DNA of 63,957 nucleotides, the filler included, from Reticulomyxa filosa (taxonomy: Eukaryota; Protista; Foraminifera): assembly GCA_000512085.1 (NCBI GenBank). It is 14 parts of 14 records of this genome, joined end to end, with 100 filler letters (N's around TTAATTAATTAA, not from the genome) between each part and the next. Parts side by side here need not be neighbours in the genome. Positions count along the whole stretch, not along the records: positions 62,733 to 63,957 come from ASPP01006399.1; 13 more parts are not named here. One strand, given 5' to 3'. The translations under genes and the position numbers were made by a program. The notes under the pieces were generated by a model that ran no database searches, had not been told where the DNA came from, and saw only the letters and a program-made list of their open reading frames with translations. Below, piece after piece: positions 62,633 through 63,957 of this stretch; the stretch's first letter is position 1; every line of letters begins with the position of its first letter.

Positions 62633-63540
62633 NNNNNNNNNNNNNNNNNNNNNNNNNNNNNNNNNNNNNNNNNNNNTTAATTAATTAANNNNNNNNNNNN
62701 NNNNNNNNNNNNNNNNNNNNNNNNNNNNNNNNCAATATTGTTTATGTTTTGCAAAAAAATACAAAAAATTTCAATTTTTTGTTTTTTTTAACTACCCAAA
62801 GCAATTCGAAAATAGCCATAGTTGTTTTGTTTCCATAAATTATGTCAGTGTCAATATAATGTTGCATAGTCTCCAATACAGCCTCCCTCAAAATCAATAA
62901 AATATTCAAATTTTTTAAACAATTAGTAAATATGTAATAAAAAACTAAATTAAAAATTATATTTAAAAACTACACGATTGGTTGATATTTTTTAAAATAA
63001 AAAAATTGGTCTTGATGTTGTTTTTCATGAAGAAATCAATAATATATATAAGGTGCCGTTTTAGGTTTCAGCTTTATTTTGCATTCTACTGTAGTATGTG
63101 TTGAAAAAAATATTCAAATCAGATGAAGATGATTATTTAAAAACATAAGCTAAATGCAATAGAAATGAAATGTACCAAAATAGAAGCAGTTGAAAAATAG
63201 TTAATTGCACCATTTTTCGGCTTTACTTCAAAGCTTTAATATGATAGTCCATTTTCAAAATATTTGAAAACCAAATTATTTCCTTTTTGGATAAACGATA
63301 ATTTCCTTTCAATTTTTTGTTGAAATTTTGGAAAACAAGCATAAGATATTCGCAATTTCATGTTTGTGTGAGGTGCGGCATTAAAATATAAAATATGCTG
63401 TATTACTTTTTAAAAAGATAAAATTTGCAAATCTTCATTTATCTTGTTTTAATTTCTTTAACAATTTTCCAAAAAAAAAAAAAAGAAAAACTATTTAATC
63501 TTTGTGCATTAAAAAATGATAATAATTGCAATTACAAAAT

Positions 63541-63861
63541 CTAAAAATTGGATAACGTTCGCGATCGTTTTGCGATGTAGGATTTTGTGTTGGAAGAAGT
63601 GTGTTTGGGTTGATTGATTTTTAAAAAAGGGTGATTAACAGAGCGAACATTGAATGCCTTTTGAGTAATGTCCTGACATAACGATTGATGAAGACGATTT
63701 CGGTTGCTTTTCTTTTTTAAATTAGACACTTGAAATTGGACTTCTTCCCGTAGATGCATTTTGATCTGTTGTGCGATATGAGTTGCTGTTTGTCTGCTCA
63801 GCACACATTCGTCCAAGCAAAACAGGACTTTGCGATAACGTTTCTCATCTGGTGCTTTTAC
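63541..63861 (-). CDS. Last exon of a hypothetical protein starting beyond the window
   Basis: Open frame VKAPDEKRYRKVLFCLDECVLSRQ... downstream of a poly(A)-rich intron-like tract. Confidence 0.45.
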   Translation of the reverse strand, partial: VKAPDEKRYRKVLFCLDECVLSRQTATHIAQQIKMHLREEVQFQVSNLKKKSNRNRLHQSLCQDITQKAFNVRSVNHPFLKINQPKHTSSNTKSYIAKRSRTLSNF

Positions 63862-63917
63862 CTTTTTTATTTTTTTAAAAATTATGTATTTACTTTTTCT
63901 GTTCAATTTTGGAATAC

Positions 63918-63957
<40 letters not shown>

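Noticed and set aside
1-63957. tRNA/rRNA genes, transposase or reverse-transcriptase ORFs
   Set aside because: None recognised by eye; tRNAscan-SE, Infernal and RepeatModeler would be needed to exclude them.

Overview
AT-rich, intron-containing eukaryotic DNA. It consists of 14 contigs joined by 13 artificial 100-bp linkers (44 N + TTAATTAATTAA + 44 N), so adjacency across a linker is not evidence of biological linkage. The lineage-expanded gene families (the 'IKLGWIHDFDKIV'-type WD40 protein, the 'MSNQIFQTLKEL..P..QSQCVL' Kelch-type protein, 42-aa TPR arrays) and the short introns with poly(A)/poly(T) tracts point to a foraminiferan close to Reticulomyxa filosa; this is inferred from recalled family motifs, not from a search. 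Conserved genes: PIKfyve/Fab1, transportin-1 N-terminus, OST3/OST6 subunit, KCNH/CNG-type channel fragment, Tctex-1-type dynein light chain, and CAP-Gly, NT-C2, LRR and ARM proteins. The best candidate for an undescribed system is an NLR-like STAND gene (80-5927, minus). It carries a Cys-rich Zn-binding module and a RelA/SpoT-type nucleotidyltransferase domain in front of NACHT, pentapeptide repeats and 16 WD40 repeats. A second candidate immunity gene encodes three tandem SAM domains fused to a septin/AIG1-like GTPase. Features the ORF track missed include a truncated ubiquitin pseudogene, several short exons, a 44-bp-arm hairpin and a CCDC61/SAS-6-like head domain next to the Tctex-1 and CAP-Gly genes. 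All domain calls are by-eye motif recognition; exon boundaries are predicted from GT-AG sites and reading frame.
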